NCBI GenBank assembly: GCA_001662655.1
Contig: KV460220.1
DNA: 64,000 nucleotides
Origin: Pseudogymnoascus verrucosus
Lineage: Eukaryota
Direction: 5' to 3' (one strand)
In this document: piece by piece, positions 1 to 11,954 of the stretch
Position numbering within the stretch: position 1 is the stretch's first letter
Layout: the number at the start of each line of letters is the position of its first letter
Translations under genes and position numbers: made by a program
The notes under the pieces: model-generated
The model's input: only the letters and a program-made list of their open reading frames with translations
Told to the model about the DNA's origin: nothing
Database searches by the model: none

Positions 1-1217
1 TCGCCTTCTTTTCCACGCGATATTGGCACTATGTTGCCGGCATCAGAACCATTTGACGGGCACTTGGGCCAAAGAAGCCTCTGAGCACCGAACGAAGGCT
101 GTAGAGCTACTGGACAGCGCGTCTAAGAGTGACCAAGTCACCAAAATTGGACTACACGTCTTGGAACCAATCTTGGTCATGTTTACCTTGGATGTATGAT
201 ATTCCATTTTATAAGACTTACCATTTTTTACTTGAGCTAACTAGAGTTTCAGTGCACACTCTCCGCCACAGGGCCGTGGAGTGGACATTTAATGCGCGTG
301 AGATCGGTTTTAGACGCCTGCGGAGGGCCTCTGGCGCTCGATAACTCGCGCGTGCGCTCGCAAGTTGGAATGCTATTCTGGTAAGTCAAGATGTGGATCA
401 GCCTCCTGAGGTAGCGCAAACTGTTCAACTAACGCAAACCAGGTGGGATGCTACTCTGGCACTGATCTCCCGACAGGGCATAATCATTGATCAGTCGTAC
501 CTTGACCACCTGATGCTCAGTCAAGGCCAAGACGAATGGTCTTTCTACGACCTAACCGGCTGCCCCGGAGACCTCTTCGTGCACCTAGTTCAGCTATCTG
601 AGCTGGCGAAGCAAAGAGAGTTGGCCGCATGCATGACCTGGCTCACCTTCGATCTGTCGCCAGTGATCAAGATCGAACGCGAAATCCAACAATGGCAAAG
701 CAGCCTATTCGCCGATGCATACGGTTCGAATTTCGATACAATCGTGGAAAATGCGTCGGAATCGGACGCCGAAGCCGACATCGAGGAACGGTTCCACGCC
801 AAGCAGGACCGGTACCACTGCGCAGAGGCGTGGCGGTACTCATTGCTGATCTATATCGAGCGAGTTTTCCGCTGGGACAGGAAGTGCCCTCGGCCTCTGA
901 TCCTGACGTGGCTGGTTCGGAAGACGATGGATCACGTCCGTTGTTGTCGACGCACGTCTCAAACGCAGAAACAGCTCCTGCTGCCCGTATTCCTTGCAGG
1001 GAGCGAGATGACCGATGAGGAAATGCGCGGGTTTACGCGGCAATACTGCAAGTGGTGGGCCAACAGGAGCCGATATAATATGTTCAATTCGGTGTCATCG
1101 CTGCTGGAGGATATTTGGGAAGAGGGACACTCACATGCGTGGTGGGGGTCTGTGATTGATCGGAAGACAAGGAGTACTGGAGTCGGTGACCCAGGTGTTC
1201 AATTCCTGTTTGGATAA
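1..1217 (+). CDS. Fungal-specific transcription factor domain protein (Fungal_trans_2-like), 5' part outside window
   Basis: Open frame from the window start (RLLFHAILALCCRHQNHL...MFTLD). Introns at ~194-252 and ~381-442 join it to CTLSATGPWSGHL...MLFWWDATLAL and the 393..1217 ORF. AEAWRYSLLIY and LLLPVFLAGSE are typical of this domain. Confidence 0.75.
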
Positions 1218-1938
1218 CGGTGAGGCTACTGAGTGCCTGGTGGTGCTCCATGTGTATGAATATCCCTGGCGTTGTTTTAGCGAATTGGGCTTCGTAATAC
1301 GATCTCATTTCCTGCATATATATTGTGCCAAGCAAACGATCGTGCTCGCATTCCCCCGCAATTCATCTTGATCGACGTGAACTTTGTTCAATTGCAAAAG
1401 GGCTCTGAAATGCGACCAAAAAATGCGAAAGCACAGTAGAGGATTTAAGAGAAGAGTAGAATAATATCATCGGGTGGGATTGTGCCAGTGACTTGGGAAG
1501 GTACATACAGTGAAGTACTGTAACCAAGTATGCGGGCCGAAACCAGCCCATCGGTCTCATGGGTGCGAACCCTGAACCTTCGGTCCCCAACAATTTCCTG
1601 CGAGACCGATCACATCGGTCCCTGACGTCAAATTGCGATATCTTATTGTGTCACTTGTGAATGTCAACACTTTCCAAGTGCTATATCAAAACTCTGCCAT
1701 AATTCGCTATGGCCCGAGTCCTGTCACCAGGCTCTGTCTCTTTATGCCCCTAAAATAAGTTGTAAATATGTATAATATTGAGGTAGATTATTATTTTATC
1801 CACTCGGATCGGAGGGTCAAATTTCAGCCACTTCTCCGCCAAAACAAAGGAAAATTACAAGGGAACACAAGTATGTGCTGTGTGTTGTGAACATTACACG
1901 CCTCCACCACTCCAACTCCATTATCTCCAATCAACCTC

Positions 1939-2963
1939 TTACAACCAAGCCATGATAGCGATCATGGAGCCAACAATCGCACCAACGGGCGCGAAGAGCC
2001 TATCAGCGGCGCCCTCCTTGGAAGCGCCATCGGTGGAGACAGGGCCATCACCGTTGGAGGAAGTGTTGGTTGGGTCAGTGGTTGTAGAGTTGTTGCTGGA
2101 GCCAAGGTTGAAACCAGTTCCGGTGCTGTCCGCAGCAGACGAGGTACTGGTGCTGTCGCCGCCGGGGATGCCGCTGTTGAAATCGGTGCTCGAGCTGTCG
2201 TCGGCGCTGCTCGTGCGGGTGCTGCCGCTGCTGCTGCCGCTGGTGGATGCCTGGCAAGCGGCTACTTCCTCCTCGATTTGGAAGGCGCGCTGGGGGCAGT
2301 AGCTATCGAAGCACCTGTGAGGGTTAGCATGGCCGGGTTGGTAGCAAGGGAGAGAGGGGGGCGTACTTTGCTGCTTTCAAGATCACCTCGCATGTCTGGT
2401 CTAACTTCGCCAGGGGGTTAATGCAATCCGAGTAGGCCCTGTGTTGTGTTAGCTAAGTCGTGGGTGTCAGAGAGCAAGGATAGACGAACTGGCGATCGGT
2501 GCAGGTGGCTCCGCCGCTACCACTTCCACTGCCGCTGGTGCTAGTGCTTGAGCTGCCACTGCCAGTGGGAGTTCCAGTCTCGCTGCCCGTTCCGCTGCCA
2601 GAGCCGGATCCCGATCCTGGCAAAGCTCCACCGTTTTCACAGATATCAATATACGAGTTTAACTCTTTGGGGACGCCGAGCTGGGGACAGTAATCTTCGT
2701 AACATCTGCGAGAATGAGCATGATATTAGTAGCAGAGGAGAGGGGACACGCACGCTTTTACGCCCATGATTTTTGCGCATGATATGTCTCCGTCGGCATA
2801 CTTGAGCACACATGAACTGGCGGCCCTGTGTGTGGTTAGATAGGCAACCCATTTATGAGGGGGAAGAAGGGACGAACTCGGCGTCAGTGCATGATGATGG
2901 CGATTGCGCGACGGCGATGCCGATGACCGAAGCAAGAACGATGACAGAAGCAGAGGAACGCAT
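1939..2963 (-). CDS. Secreted, probably GPI-anchored Ser/Gly/Thr-rich protein with two tandem 6-cysteine modules (5 exons)
   Basis: Manual splicing: ATG at 2963, signal peptide MRSSASVIVLASVIGIAVA, GT-AG introns at 2826-2877, 2706-2753, 2439-2489 and 2315-2366 that keep the frame open. S/G/T-rich linkers. Hydrophobic C-terminus (...GAADRLFAPVGAIVGSMIAIMAWL*). Confidence 0.85.
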
Positions 2964-3783
2964 TATGGCAGGAGGAGTTTATTTGCTTGCGGCGGAAATA
3001 AGACTAATTGGTAGGAACGAAGGAAGGAATTAAAATGCAAAAGCGAGGGCACAATGTTGAGGTAAGGGAATCGAGAAGAGAGACGAAGGAGAGAAGGAGA
3101 TGGCGAGTTTGTATAAGCTCTTGCCAAGCCCAGGATTTCCTACAGGCACCCGACGGGATATTGGAGGGGTGAAGCTGAAAGAGTAATGGGCTAATTTTCC
3201 CTAATTGAGACAACTTCGCCCTACCTAAAATAAACTATCCAATAGGGAGAGTGACAGCGGCGCCAGACAGACAGGGGACGGCATCTCGGAATGGAGATTG
3301 AGGGGATCATTGAGCTGTCTTATTCTGGTAGTGTGGAAGAAGTGGAATTGGTATTGGGTAGTGGTGTTTTAGTTTGCGTTGCGGCGTTATTGCTGACCCG
3401 ATTTTTCTGTCTTGGCGGTGCTGGGCTGAGCCATTAGTGAGTGTTGTGGCACATTTGTTCAGCACTCTAGTAAGGGGTTCGCTAGGAATTACTTGGCGAC
3501 ATGTCCATCACAATCTTAGCAGCCACCAGTCACTTTAATTCAGCCTCGCGCTATTTGTCTGACAGTCAGCAGCTTAAACTCTTGGCTGTTAGTTTGCTTT
3601 AGGTAGAGATCCCCAGGCGGAGATCATTGTGTGGGGCGGACGGTCCAGCTATTATCTGACATGCGGAGTACCACATACCAGGCTTGACACATTCAGGGTT
3701 CGTCTGCCTTCGTTCGCTCTGTCATAAATACATCGTGCCTAGTCTCGCAAAGGTTCTTGCCAAGTCGAAGATCGAAAGTCAAT

Positions 3784-4548
3784 ATGCGTCGGTCGCTGTT
3801 GCCAGTAGAACCTTGGCCGGCCAGTCGTGATGCCCCCATATCTGACAACGACAGGCTTACACTGCGCTTCCCAATCATCATTAGCCAAGACAGCTTAATC
3901 TCATCCGCTGAGAAGCTTCAGGAGCTCGTTGGTCTTCCAACGCTCCCCCCGGTTGTGACCACACGGACAGCACCCAGGCGATGGGCGCCTAGGCGAGGGG
4001 AAGTTTTGGAGGCTACTCCCGCTGACAGAGAAGTGCAGATATGTCATGTTGACGGGGATCAGCTAGATAAGATTGAAGAAGCCACGGAAGGCGAGTCGAT
4101 TAGCGTATGGTTTAGGGGGATGAGAAGGGACGCCTGGATGGCAGAGTCGCTAAAGCTAGTATCACAGAACTTAGATATCGGAGAGAGTCTCTCGTCGCAA
4201 CAGACTCTAAGTGCTGAGGAGGCCAACTTAGAGGAAACGCAAACTGCACACACGTCGCCATGGTCAGCGGGAGCTTGGCAGGCCGCTCATGAAGCCTACT
4301 CGTCTGGCACGGATAAGCCTCCGCCACGATTCCCAATCATCATTAGTCAAGACAGCGTAATCTCATCCGCTGAGAAGCTCCAGCAGCTCGCTGACCTTCC
4401 AACGCTGCCGCAGATTGAGACCACAAGGACAGCACCTAGGCGATGGGAAGATTTGGACGCCCCTCCTGCCGATGATAGAGAAGTATATATATGCGATGTC
4501 GATTTGGGCCAACAAATCAAAATTGAAGATACCACAGAAAGCGTCTAG
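3784..4548 (+). CDS. Hypothetical protein with an internally duplicated ~75-aa domain
   Basis: ORF 3757..4548 (first ATG 3784). RFPIIISQDSxISSAEKLQxLxxLPTLP...TTRTAPRRW...ADxREVxICxVD occurs twice. Confidence 0.6.
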   Translation: MRRSLLPVEPWPASRDAPISDNDRLTLRFPIIISQDSLISSAEKLQELVGLPTLPPVVTTRTAPRRWAPRRGEVLEATPADREVQICHVDGDQLDKIEEATEGESISVWFRGMRRDAWMAESLKLVSQNLDIGESLSSQQTLSAEEANLEETQTAHTSPWSAGAWQAAHEAYSSGTDKPPPRFPIIISQDSVISSAEKLQQLADLPTLPQIETTRTAPRRWEDLDAPPADDREVYICDVDLGQQIKIEDTTESV

Positions 4549-4607
4549 TTATGGCCCCTTTATTATGCAATCTACACAGTTTATTTCATTTACTCGATAC
4601 GCACCAC

Positions 4608-5528
4608 TCAGGAGGGCTTCTCCGATACTGCTTCAGTGTTGGCATTAATATACCTGAAATCATCGCTGCGGAATTCCGCGTCGAAAGCCTCCACATCCGA
4701 CGGCTCCCGGAAATACATGCCAGAGCCCATAACGTGTTGGAATTCAACAGCAAAGTCTATCTCATTCATCATTTCTTGAACGCCTTCTTGGGTGTCGAAC
4801 ACAAATCGTAATCCCAGTCCCCTTTGTGTTACCGGGAACCACTTCATGGAGTTGTGCTCACGATGGCCTGAGTGATATTGAACCATATCGTATAGTTCAC
4901 CCATCCGAAGACCTCCACGGGATGGCTCTACCATTGCTGTCGATACCGTTTGCCACGCTGGGCTTAAATCTGCCCAACAGTAACCACGTAATGGCGGGGG
5001 TGGTTGTGAGACTAGCATCTGTCGCCAGCTTGCACCGCTGCGTGTGAAACATCGCCTAATTGACTTCTCTTCTGCAACCACTTCCGGGCCTGGTTCATCT
5101 TCATCTGAGACTTCGTCCCAAGCATCGATGTTGACATAGGCAGCGTTCCTAGCATACCAGGGAAGCTTGTAGAAGTATTTGGCAGGGTGGCATATTTGAG
5201 TGTAGTAGCCCTCGTTACCACGCCTAAAGAAAGCAGAACCAAACTTTGCCACTAGCAATGGGTTATATATTATCTTAGAGTCATGATCGCCGAAATCGTT
5301 GTCTTTGTCTGTCGGATCAAATGGGATTATTGATGACGCCTTCTGAACAGGCCGAAAGAACAGTGCCTGTTGTATTATAAGAGACGAAGCCATGATGCGC
5401 CCCCAGCGTCGGCTCACTCTCTGTGATAATAAAAGAGTCTTCATATCGACGTTCAGTAAGATTGCCTCGAGAAGCTCAGGAGTAGACAGGACAGCTATAG
5501 CCGCGCTATATCGAGCTTTTGTATCCAT
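4608..5528 (-). CDS. F-box domain protein
   Basis: N-terminal VLSTPELLEAILLNVDMKTLLLSQRVSRRW...IQQALFF, followed by NPLL and ASWRQMLVSQPP motifs typical of fungal F-box proteins. Confidence 0.8.
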   Translation of the reverse strand: MDTKARYSAAIAVLSTPELLEAILLNVDMKTLLLSQRVSRRWGRIMASSLIIQQALFFRPVQKASSIIPFDPTDKDNDFGDHDSKIIYNPLLVAKFGSAFFRRGNEGYYTQICHPAKYFYKLPWYARNAAYVNIDAWDEVSDEDEPGPEVVAEEKSIRRCFTRSGASWRQMLVSQPPPPLRGYCWADLSPAWQTVSTAMVEPSRGGLRMGELYDMVQYHSGHREHNSMKWFPVTQRGLGLRFVFDTQEGVQEMMNEIDFAVEFQHVMGSGMYFREPSDVEAFDAEFRSDDFRYINANTEAVSEKPS

Positions 5529-6067
5529 CCTTGGTGCGAACGATAATTAGATGCTGTGGTGAGGGTAAACAAGTCGTATTATAGGTTTGTAATCACAACG
5601 ACCGTTGCTGCAACGATTACTTGCAGCTTGTGGCATAATAGGATATATAGTAAAGCTGAAACCCTATCTGACGATGGCTCAATGACTGACAGGCTCAGTT
5701 CTGTGCCTACCCCGCTAACCCACCCCCCAGTGGCTTGCCCCCAATTCGGTTCCTGATGTTGTGAACGCACGGACCAACCCTAGTCTCGGTGGTGCTACAA
5801 CATCCAACCAAATTTATTTTCAGACTACAAAGTATCAGGCAAGACTGATGTCATAACAAGGAGGTTGTATATATAATGTTGAGATTTGCCGGCGTGTACT
5901 ATTTGAATAGAATCATATTTCTTAGAGATCACGTATCTGTTTGTAAAAAGAATTTAACTTCTGACAGAACCAAATTATATTCCTCAATTGATATTCTAAG
6001 CCACATCAACCTATTCAGATATTGAAAACAGAATTAAACATCCGATCCTCCCAGACCAGCCGCAACC

Positions 6068-7251
6068 ATGGCCACGCCAAAGATCCAGAAGTTCCTTGCA
6101 GCAATGGAAGCCGTCTATGGAAACCTAGGAAGCCTAGAAGCCCGAGCACTGGGCACCTGGATCCCCCCACCGAACTCAGGCGGCCACCGCGGCCGATACC
6201 TCTGGACCGACGCCTTCGGGGTTGTCAACTTCCTTACTCTACACAAAGAGCTCAAAGAAGACAAGTATTTGGTACTTGCCAAGAGACTCGTCGTGCGCGT
6301 TCACGATATACTTGGTTGGACACGGGATGGTAAAAGCCGTCTCCCAGGAGCGACGGATGAGAATCCTTTGGGAGGCGGATTGAGGATAGGGAAAGAGGAA
6401 TCAAGTGGGCCAGATGGCGACGGGCAATACCACCACTACCTGACACTTTGGATGTTTGCTCTCAACCGCCTATCTATTGCCTCGGGCATGGCAACCTACA
6501 ACGATCAGGCAATAGCTCTAGCTCGTGCCATACACCCGAAGTTTTTCATCAACCAAACATCTGCGTCGGCGCGGATGGTGTGGAAGATATCAATGGACAT
6601 GTCGCGGACTCTTGTTTCGAGCCAGGGACGTCTTGATGCTACGACCGGGTTCGTGGTGTATCGGCTGCTACAAGCAGCGGCGAATGAGCCGAAGGTTTTG
6701 GAGAGAGAGATTGCGGATTACCAAAGAGTTATGAAATCGCGTGATACAGTCGACGCTACTCATGATACCCTGGATCTTGGGATGGCACTCTGGATTGCGC
6801 ATTGGCATGCAGGGACAGAACTTTGGGCCGATCAACTCGGCGAGAACTGTTTAATAGCGATGAGTATGGTATATCCCCACCCTTTCTGACCCAGCTAACC
6901 AGATATTTGCTAGACGCGATCTTTGGCGACGAGAGATATAAGACAAGAGCTGTGCCACATCGCCTTGCTTTCCGGGAGCTTGGTGCTTTGATGGGCGCGA
7001 AATGCTATACTCACAATGTCGATGTGGTAACATTGACTGATTCGGTCATTGATGTGTGGATTGAGGTTTGGAGTGAGTTTATAAATACGACTGTGGAGGA
7101 CCTGAGGCCCATTACTATGGTCATGTATAGCGCTGCGCTGTTACCAACTGGTATGATCCCATTGTCGAAATTAGAATGGCGTTGATACTGATACTGAAGT
7201 GTAGGCTTTGAAAAGAACGGCTTGAAGCCAGAGCCAGGGAACCTAAATTAG
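6068..7251 (+). CDS. Conserved hypothetical protein (RYLWTDAF family; possibly an alpha/alpha-toroid, six-hairpin glycosidase-like fold)
   Basis: ORFs 6068..6889 and 6802..7185 joined by intron ~6864-6913. A last intron ~7151-7205 leads to TAG at 7249-7251. Motifs GRYLWTDAFGV, GGGLRIGK, DGQYHHYLTLWMFAL, RLAFRELG. Confidence 0.7.
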
Positions 7252-7629
7252 CACTACCAGATGCCAGGCGTCATGGAGTAATTTCTTATTTCACCATTAA
7301 TAGACAAGACGGTAGTTTCCATAAAATAACTCAGCTGTCATAATATAATCAACACTGCACACGCAGAAACAAGCCATAAAAGCCATCACCTCAGTCCCGT
7401 GCGAGTACTATACACGCGTCAAGATAGCAAAGATAAAATGCCAGCCCACGCCATGACAGAAAAAACAAAATAAAAGGCCGCGTTTGCCGTCGCGAATAGG
7501 CACCGTACAACTCCCCCCAATATGATAACGACGCCTCAGGAAGCGCTTTTTCTCCCCATCCCCCTAGCACCAACCATCACACCAAACGCAAGCAAACGAG
7601 AAAAAACACACCAATCAACCATCACAAAT

Positions 7630-9948
7630 CTACCTAGCCTCCCCTCCCAAAACCCCCAAGAATCCGCCCCTAGTAATAGTAGCCGGATCCCAGCTCACCG
7701 CCGCGACAGCCGTGCCGCCCTCCTTTGGCTCAACCGCCTCTCCCGCCGTCGCCAGATCAGCAAGGTGTTGCAGTCCCTGACTAGCCGTTAGAGCCGCGGC
7801 GCTCGGTGCTGCTGGGCTTGCTGCCCTCGTGTGACGGGCCACTAGGTCGCGCAGGGCTTTGTCCCAGGGCGCGGAAGTGCGGACCGGGCCTTCAAAGAGG
7901 GAGCGCAGGGTGCGGTCTGCTTCTTCACGAGTAGCTTCGTTGTCGAGGAGTTCCAGAAGGGTAGCGGACGCGAGAGTGGTGAAATGGATGTGTAATGGCG
8001 AGGGCGGAGCGGCGGCGAGGAGAGTGGTGATCTGAACAGCGGGGTGGAGGAGGGTAGCAGGTGGAGTACCAGGCGTGGCGCGCAGGGTGAGGAGTTGCAC
8101 GTGCCAGTAGGTGAGGTGCATGAGCGGGGCCGTGGCGGTGGTTAGGGCGGCAGGAAGGGATTCGCGGAAGCGCTCGAGTTCGCCGGTGAGAAGAGTGGAG
8201 AGGAGGGGAGTGGCGGACGATGGGAAGGCGAGGAGGGAGGGTGGAGAGGTGAGGACTGTGGCGACGTGGCCGAGGATTGAGGAGAGGCCTGGTTTGGTTA
8301 GTAAGTTGTAGGGAATGAGAGTAGTGAGGGAACTTACGGGCTAGGTGGTACAGCTGTTCGCCTAAAACGTTGATATCATCAAGGCGGAGGACGGCGCTGG
8401 TGTCGGGGATCAGGAGAGGGCTTGATGTGCCTGATGCATGGAACCTGTCGAGAATGACAAGACTCCACCAGATGCGTCGGGAGAGTTTATCAGTTGAGTC
8501 TTCGTCTTCGCCCTCTGCTGGGTTAGAAGTGTGCAGCTTCAACGAGAACGCGTGGCCAACTGCTGCTCCAAGCCACACGGCCTGACACCCAGCACTACGT
8601 GCACTAGATGCTCCGTGGCTACCAGCCTCGATGGCCATGAAAATCTGAGCTGAGAGCAAAAGCAAGCTGTCTGAAAGCGTCTTGGTCGCTGTGTTATCGA
8701 ATTGGCAGGCAGAGACCAAACTTGCAGCTCTTCTCGTTGGCGCACTGTCTACGGGAGGTCGGACGGCAACATACAGAGCCTCCAGGAATGCGTCCTTCAG
8801 GAGCGGTGGGGCATTCGCAAGTCTGGCAGCGACATTGCCCTGGGGCCCTGGCAGAAGTGGGAATGTTGGCTGAATGGTCTTGTAGTACTCCTCAGAAATA
8901 TACTCGTCCCATTCCAGCTTATGGTCTCCATGTGCGCCTTCTCCAGCTGGCAGTCCGTCAAATGAAGCTCGGCCTGCCTCCGGAGGCGCATTTCTCCATT
9001 GAGGCTGAGGAGCCAAACCGTTTGGCGAGTACAAAGGAGCCCGATATGAAGACTCTGCTGCGGCGTTTGCCTGACCATAGGTTGTGGCTGGGGCACCGTG
9101 GTGTCTTGGTGTGTCGAGTGCTTGCCATTGTCCTGATTGTCTTTGTGACTGGTAGCCAGAAGTGAAATCTTGCGAGATAGACGAATACGCGCGCTTTCTT
9201 GGCTGTCCCTCCGTGTGTGGTGGCGGCGGAGAGTAATCGTGCGAGGCTCGTCTGGACCCGGCACCTTCAACATGAGGGGGGTAATGCAAGGCTTCGCCGG
9301 ATTGGTTCTGCATGGCGCCTTCCAAGTGGTTCAATCGATCTGCAAGTTCCTTGATGTAGCTATCCGGTAAAGTTAGCATTGTTTGCAGATTAGACCGGAA
9401 AGGTTAACATACCCTTTGCTAGGTCCTCGCTTCATTGGAACGCGACTGAATTGACAATGGGTTCCGACCCGCTTACAGCTTGTACACTGTTCCTCGCCAG
9501 ACTCGGTTGTTGCGTCGCAGCGGATCTTCTTTCGCCTACACTCATCACAAGCTCTCGAGACTTTAGATCGCTTACGCGGTGTGGTCCCATCCCCCATCTG
9601 ATACTGGCTATGGTCCATGTTCGCCGCATGGCTCATCTCAGCCATCATCTGCTGCTCATGTGAGAAGCCATGGTTGGGATTGCTCTGAGGAGAATGAGCC
9701 GCGTCATTTCCGCCGCCACCTCCCATCATAGGCTCAAGCCCACGCGAGAGCTGAGCCGCCAGCTGCAGGTCATCGGGATTCGACAAGCGCTGCGTCTGCT
9801 GCTGTTGTTGTTGTTGTGGTTGCGGCTGCTGCTGCTGCGGTTGTTGCTGGCTAGCGTTCCCAGAGGCGTAAAATGGTCCGTTACCCTCAGCCGCAACAGC
9901 TGTGGGATCGGGGTAGTTCTGCATCATTTGCGCGTCCTGTTGGTTCAT
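7630..9948 (-). CDS. Zn(II)2Cys6 transcription factor, Rgt1-like (glucose transport regulator family)
   Basis: KRSKVSRACDECRRKKIRC...CTSCKRVGTHCQFSRVPMKRGPSKGYIKEL, a Gln-rich N-terminus and a fungal TF middle region (SRRIWWSLVILDR). Introns 9360-9412 and 8289-8337. Confidence 0.85.
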
Positions 9949-11909
9949 GCTGATCGTTTACGAGTGCTACTGGTCGTGTTTATCCGTCGGCTTAGTGCTG
10001 GGAAACGGCTGCGGGTGGGATTTGGACAACTATAGTTGTCGCACTGTCGATTGCGAGTCGCGTGGCAGTCGGAATGGGATGAGGCCACCGAGCAGGAAAA
10101 TACAGGTCTACGCGACCATGATCAGCTATTTCGCAAGTGATATGAAGACGTGGATGATGCATACCAGTATGATTGAGATGGAGCTTGATACAACTTGGAT
10201 CAGTTGTGATGGATGGTTCGGAGTTGAAAGCTTCCGTTCCGCTGGATGTCGTGGGAAGAGGTTCTTCCGTGCGGTGGAGGTGCGGAGGTGCGGACAGAGA
10301 AAAGTTCGGCTAGAGTGGTAGTAATATTGTGAGTGGGTGGCGGGTTTTAGGTGTGGGTACCTATTGGACGCTGTTTGTGTGTGAACAGTACGGGTGGCTG
10401 GTCGGGAAGGTACATACATTTTGTAACGCACATACGTTTTTCCTTCACAACCTCAGTCAAAAGTCACAACCTGATACGTCGGCGGGTCGAACATCCGGCA
10501 AATCTTTCTCCACAGGTTAATAAACAGGACCAAACAGAACTTCAGACTTTGTATTTCATACTCTAAAGGTTCTAAGGTTATGGATGGTGCAGGGAGAAGA
10601 GACTAGCAGGATATTGCTTCAAGTTGCATGATGGTGCTCCTTTGATAGTGCTGCTTTGACGGGGCATCTCACTTCTTCTCAATCAAAGGCTACAACAACA
10701 ACAACTATGGTACCGCCAGCAACAGCAGTGTAGTCATGTCTTTTGACCTACCACACTACCTGAATCGGCGATCAGTTGAAGACGTCCGGGCGGATGGATG
10801 GATGGATGAGTAGATGATTCACTGCTACTTCAGGGGCGGCCAGGGGGGAGGTCCGCTTGTTACTGGACGACGATGACATTTACAGGTAGAGGGTAGAGTA
10901 CTCGTATGGTCGGCTCTGGGGTATACGATATATCGATATCGGCGTTATTCGTTGGCGGCGTGAAATAGATACCCTTCGGATATATACACGGAACAACCTG
11001 CCCTGGCACACCTGTCAAGTCTGTGCAAAGTAAGTCCGGACGACGGAGACGTTTCCCTCAAGCTCGCTCGTCTCCACAAACTTCCCCGCCTTCTGGGCCC
11101 CTGGTAGATGAAACGATGGCCGGCTGATGATGGCTACGGCGATGAGTATGACTGAGATAGGCTTCATCTCCACGGCTGCTGCGAGCTCACTTGGTCCGTT
11201 CATTCAGCGTCCCTGTCCTCACAGCTTCTTTCCCCACATCCTCCACATCACATCCACCAAGCTCGATGGCAGGGAGAGATCCATCAATCAGAGATTCCGC
11301 ATACTCCCATTGTCATGCATCACATTAGCCATCTCGTCCCCGTCTTCTTAATCCGACGACAGTACCACGCGCTGCTGATCCTCCGAGTCCTATCATGATT
11401 GTGGCGTCCCAGCAGATCAGTTTATCCAGTTTCACCCGGCTGCTTCCCCAGAAAATCATTCTGCCACTATCCACGCGGGTCACATGTTAGCGAGGCCTTG
11501 TATCAGAGTATGTAGTTCCCCGCCAGTTCATCTGCACTCCGCGCTGTGGCTGGCTGGTGGCATTGTTTTCGCTGGACGATCCTCCGAGGCATAAATCGGG
11601 ATGCTTGGCTCCTGTCGTATGGGGGGGATTGGGCGTTGAAGGGTTGGTATCATCTTGGGCTGATGCCAAGATCTGGAGATGGTACTCTCCAGACAGAATG
11701 CGACCCTCTAGATATATCATGATAGTTTAGGATTGCGGTGGGGATCAGAGGAGATGGTTGGGGGGTAGAGTTATGAAGATTCAACAAGGGCCCACAAACA
11801 CTCGGAGATGTAAAGCTCTCGGGCAATAGAAGAGCGAGACTGGAGAATGAGTTCGGTCTTACAGATACTGATAGGCTTTTGTAAGAATACCGACGGGTAT
11901 AGTGCACAG

Positions 11910-11954
11910 TCACGTGGTATATCACGTGCTCCAAAACATTTTGATTTCACGTGA
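11910..11954. promoter_or_regulatory. Cluster of three TCACGTG E-boxes (candidate bHLH sites)
   Basis: CACGTG at 11911, 11923 and 11948, each preceded by T, in the divergent intergenic region between two TF genes. Confidence 0.4.

Noticed and set aside
1880..2693. Plus-strand ORFs 1880..2302 and 2499..2693
   Set aside because: Antisense shadows of the S/G/T-rich exons of the minus-strand GPI protein.
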